NCBI GenBank assembly: GCA_002269645.1
Contig: NIVC01003591.1
Span: 1-27,522 of the forward strand
Length of the DNA stretch: 27,522 bases
Source: Macrostomum lignano
Lineage: Eukaryota
Reading direction: 5' to 3'
The notes below the pieces were generated by a model. It ran no database searches. It was not told where the DNA came from and was given only the letters and a program-made list of their open reading frames with translations. Positions 23,170 to 27,522 of this stretch are shown here, piece by piece (position 1 is the first letter of the stretch; each line of letters begins with the position of its first letter). The position numbers and the translations under genes are program-made.

Positions 23170-24808
23170 AACAGTTAAACAAACTGAATCAGATACATTA
23201 GCAGTGTAACAAATCCGCTTTTCAGTTGTTTATTCATTTACTGTCTTTTTTAATTCCCTATTTAAATCGTCGTTATTCGTTAAACGTAAAGTTCTTTCGA
23301 AGTATTGTTTATGTTCGTTTTTTCACGCTTTGAAATATCACGCGCTTTCAAAAATACTACATCTTTTTTTACAAACTCGCTTACCAAAGTAATCTCGCAA
23401 TTAAAGCTATACCTCGTAATTTGTACTCATTTTTGTATTAATATTTATACTCGTTGTTAGTTGTTAGTCGTCACTTTTCGTCCAAAAATACCGTAAAAAT
23501 TCTGGCGCGCTTTCAAATACTTTATCTTTTACAATAACTCTAACTCTTACTACTACTAACTCGCGGCAAATCGTCTTTATAAACTTCTATTTCGAAAACT
23601 TTTCCAAATACATAGCTCTATAATATATTGGCCAAACAGGCTAATTGCCTGAGCCAAATTCTCTTACTACTACTACTACTACTACTAATTCTGTCCCACC
23701 CTTGGTACACTGTCTTTCCTAACCCTTGTGTGCCGTCCTCTTTCATCCCCTGTGCATTTGAGTCAAATCAAGCAAACTGCGGTTTTTTATCATGCCGGAT
23801 TAATTATTGTCAGAAGCTTCTGAAATATAAAAACAAATTTTTATATGTAAGTATTAACAACTAGTAAAAAATTTACTATAAAAGGCATAGATAATTGCTA
23901 TGCAAAATTGTCTTAATATACGAGAGGCGTGATTAAGCATCTATTTTTTTAACTTAGCTAGTCGTTGGATCAAAGATTTTAAACTGTAAGTTTTCCAAGA
24001 AGACGTACCAAATAAATCATGCCTGTACCACACGTACTAGTAATAGTAATGTCCTCGTCAATGCTGTCTTCATTTCATAGTAAATATTAATAATAGCAAT
24101 AGTGATAGTTAAAATTGCAGTTTCCCTAAAACTTTTAGTAGAACCAAGATAATTAAAATTGTGCCTAATCTTTATCAGCTTAATTTGGCCTAAAGTTAAC
24201 ATGAAACCTAATAAATATATTACCTTTTGAAAGACTTTGAACTAGAATAACATACATTTCAATAGTTGACCCTTGTAAATCATGTGGATTTCTAAGTATA
24301 GGCATAAACTGAATCTAAATTATTTTAATTCATTCAGAAATCTCAATATTTACAGTTCAAGCAGGATTAATGTTTAAATTATTTGTTTTCAATTCATATA
24401 TAACTATGACTACAAGTTTTATAATATTTTAGCCTTCATTATGCTTTTAAATCTAAGAATAAGATAGACTTTATCTGTGTTACAAATATGAATGACAACC
24501 ATAAATTATTTTAATAATATCTTGATTCTTGATTACATAGGCCTATTTTATGACACTAGTAATAAATATTTTATTTCTTAGTTGTTATAAAGAATTCAAT
24601 TTTAAGATATTCTCCTAAATGTTATAATAATAATAATAATAAATTACTATGTTAGACAATAATAATATTAGTTTAACTTTAATATAAGCTCTAGTATAGT
24701 AGCTTGCTTAATAGATAAGAATAGAATGAATGAGAGAACAAATATTAACTTGTTTTTATTTTCTTTTATTTTATGGCCAATGCATTTTGACCCTTATAGA
24801 TATAGGTC

Positions 24809-25644
24809 CAGTGTTCAGAGTATGGAGCAAATTCGCACTTGGCACAAAAATGGCTCAGACAAGCGCAAATCTGCAAATTCTGAAGCCATGGCGCAAATTT
24901 TTTGGCTCCTCAATGGCGCGAATTTTTAAGCCCTTTTTCATCTAATTGCCTATACACACAGCAAATTTTGCTGCTTTTTTCTACTTGTCTGTCACTTCTG
25001 TGTTTATTAAAGTTCCCAAGATCACCACTAAAGCCAGAGCCAATTAACATTCCTTCATCCTTCCTTGTTCCCTGATCCATTCGGCGTTCCCCTACTTTAT
25101 TGCATCTCCAAGTATTTTCTGTCCTTTCATCAGTTGCAGACTTTACTCTGTCACAACTATTCTTGCTTAGGCCCTTAGCATAGGCTCTGTCTTTTTCTAA
25201 GGGCTTGTTGAATCCTGTTTTACAAGTACCAACCTACAGGAAATCTTCATTCTCTCACAATTTTCAAGTACTGCTTGTTCTTTGCTTTGCATGGGAACTA
25301 CTTTGCATTGGTCAGTGCTGTTTTCCGGTACAATATGTTGCCTATTCTACTGTGTGCTATGCAATGTAGTCAGGCATATGTTTAGGATGTGGGTTAAATG
25401 ATGGAGTCCTTGCCTGCAATCATTTTTGCATTTTTCCAGCTGTGGATTTATTTTTGTTTATGTAAAATGTGCTGCAAAAATGAGTACAGGAACTTAGGCA
25501 CTGAAAATACTTTTAAGGGCTAAAATTTGAACACTACCAGGATTTACCTGTTGTTTTCAGTAGACTACGCCCCTAGGCATACTCACAGGTGCGAAAATTT
25601 ACCCCAGGCACAAAAAATTGCAGGACCCCCCACTCCGAACACTG
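24809..25644. mobile_element. Non-autonomous hAT-type DNA transposon (MITE-like), 836 bp
   Basis: TIR CAGTGTTCAGAGT versus CAGTGTTCGGAGT (reverse complement of the right end), 12/13; perfect 8-bp TSD TATAGGTC (24801-24808 and 25645-25652); no coding capacity seen. Confidence 0.92.
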
Positions 25645-25814
25645 TATAGGTCATCATTAGGGCAATAAAGAAAATTGAAAATTGAATAAACAGTTAAATA
25701 AATTTACATGTATTTAATTAAATTAATCATATAAATTAAATGTATATACTGTTTGGTTGAAGCAATTTCAAATAGAAAAAAGAGAGCAAATAGTGCAATA
25801 ACGTAGATTACAAG

Positions 25815-26491
25815 CTAAAGCATGCTGAGTTGGCAGCTGGCACCCCCATAGCTAGCTGGCAGTTTAGGCTTGGGTTTTGATCTTTGATATACATAGCCTC
25901 TAAGATGTTTAAAGTGTGCTCATGGTAGCAGGAATAAATAATCTTTAATAAATCAATAGGTTTGCTGTTATAGCATGAGTCTCATATGAGAAAGTGCTCC
26001 TGTACAGTAGATCTATTGGTCCAATGCTCCTTGACCTTGGTATGCAAGTGTTGCTTAGTTTTTCCAATTTATAAAATACTCTGGTCACCAGAGCAATGAA
26101 ACTTATAAAACAACACTTGCATTAAAAGGTTAAGGCACACGTGACTTCAAGTTGCAGATATACTACCTAGACACTTCTGTGCAAAACATGATTCTAAGCT
26201 GAACATTGAGGCTTTTTTGAAATCAGAGCACAGGCCAAAAAATGGCAACATAATTATAAGGCAGTTAGTTTCTTTAGCATTATCCTCCTAAGTGCTCTTT
26301 TGATTTGTCAGCTTGTTATTTAAAAACTGGTTCACAATGCGAGACACATAGTTCCTGGGGTAACCATTCCCAATGAAATGGCCAGTAAGCTGTTCCACTT
26401 CATCATGCAACAGTTTCAAGTCATCTATGTATTGTTTGTAAAACCGAGGCGCACACAAGAGGGCTATCCAGTCTTTTTCCCAATGGGCCAT
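25815..26491 (-). pseudogene. Penelope-like element C-terminal fragment (RT thumb + GIY-YIG endonuclease), degraded
   Basis: E.L..HFIGNGYP..Y..RIV, MLPFFG, SVFYKFHC....*IGKTKQHLHTKVKEH...S.VQEH and ILEAMYIKDQNPSLNCQ, with stops and frameshifts. Confidence 0.85.
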
Positions 26492-26544
26492 GCAAAGATT
26501 AGCCAGGGTGGGGCAAGAGGGCTGCCCATGGCACAGCCATCAAT

Positions 26545-27410
26545 TTGCTTGTAGTACCTATCCCCAAACAGAAAGATACCAGAAGTAGCAAATCTGAGCA
26601 TCTTTTTAAAGACAGTCTTCTGAAAAGGCAGATGATCTGGGCGCTTGTAAACCAGGTCAGTAGCCAGCTCGAGGAGTCCAGGCTGTCACCAACCTCTCGC
26701 TACAAACCTTCTATCACGGAACTAATTACTCTGCAGCATGGCTGAAATCGACTCCGGGGTGAGTAGGTGCCTCCAATCGAAAGACCTGCTGGGTAAAAAG
26801 GTTCTGGCACCTGATAGCTTTTGGCATCAATTGATTTCTGAATTTGATCGTTTTCTCTATAATGCTCAGGGTTATGTTAACTCGATTAGAAATAGACTTT
26901 TTCACCAAGCAATGAGCAAACTGAAGAAAAATGATAGTATCAAAGTTGTTAGTTATGACAAAGGCTATGGTGTTGCCATTATGGATAGTACTGATTACAT
27001 TGACAAGCTTGAAAATATGGTGCATGATGGTCAGAAATTCCATTGCCTTGGGATGGTTGAGGTCATGTTGATTGTTGATGCATCCCGTGCTTAAAAGCGA
27101 GAGATCTCTGCAAACGTTCCTTAGAACAAACGTTAAGCCTCACGTTGGTCCTGATAATTTTAAGCGTATTGCTCCTGGTAGCCAACGGTCAGCTCTACAG
27201 TTTGTGCAAAGTCCACAAGTGTGGCTACCGCTGAGTATGAACTTGCTAGGTCCCTTGATTCTCTTATCAAGCCCGTCATCCCTCATGAATTTAGAGTTTC
27301 CTCTAGTCGTGAATTTCTTGAATGCCTTACCGAAATCACTACCGGTTCTGCTGACAGACTTTTCAGTTTTGATGCTGTGTCTCTGTTCACCAATATCCCG
27401 CTGAAGTCTT
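26545..27410 (+). pseudogene. Penelope-like element N-terminal/RT fragment, frameshifted, breaks off after the SFD..SLFT motif
   Basis: YDKGYGVAIMDSTDYIDKL..MV.D, LYSLCKVHK, YELARSLDSLIKP and FSFDAVSLFTNIPL. Confidence 0.88.
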
Positions 27411-27439
27411 TGTTCTCTCATTCATTAATATAAGCTAGT

Positions 27440-27522
27440 TAGTGGCGGATCTAGAAGTTCAAGGGCGCAAACTTTGGTTTTTGGTGGGCGCAATATGTTC
27501 CCTCAATCTATTTCAGGAAGTG
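27440..27522 (+). mobile_element. Probable left terminus of a DNA-transposon MITE running off the window
   Basis: (T)AGTGGCGGATCTAG resembles common hAT/Harbinger MITE termini; partner TIR not in the window. Confidence 0.35.

Noticed and set aside
23220-23620. AT-rich but CpG-containing region with repeated CGCGCTTTCAAA as a possible promoter
   Set aside because: Only two motif copies and no associated gene start in the window.
23919-23935. TACGAGAGGCGTG resembling the mariner TIR at 8844-8831
   Set aside because: Only about 14 bp match; no partner TIR or transposase sequence nearby.
25650-27430. Hammerhead ribozyme or pseudo-LTR expected with Penelope-like elements
   Set aside because: No CTGATGA...GAAA core with flanking stems was seen by eye; a covariance-model search would be needed to exclude it.

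Overview
Repeat-rich eukaryotic (invertebrate animal) genomic DNA, not prokaryotic: I see no rRNA, tRNA, operon or CRISPR array. A free-living-flatworm-like origin is my impression only and cannot be shown from the sequence. Two intact host genes face each other about 7.8 kb apart, both encoding secreted proteins with signal peptide + PAN/Apple-like domain + lectin domain. One is a C-type-lectin gene (+, 10323/10416-11170) whose ATG appears to be split A|TG by a 92-nt intron. The other is an F-type (fucolectin) gene (-, 18980-19633). Both have non-canonical sugar-binding motifs. Between them is a direct duplication (about 11475-15390 and 15743-18589) made of (ATCT)n, a probable hAT remnant, (CAA)n(CTA)n and a defective mariner. 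Also present: a structurally complete 2636-bp Gypsy/Mag-like LTR element (LTRs, PBS, PPT, 5-bp TSD) encoding a Gag-protease-integrase fusion with no RT/RNase H; a second mariner remnant; two LINE 3' ends; an 836-bp hAT-type non-autonomous element with an 8-bp TSD; back-to-back Penelope-like fragments; a G-rich 11/22-mer minisatellite; and a nearly perfect 14-bp GATC satellite. All domain calls are by eye from motifs and all counts are manual.
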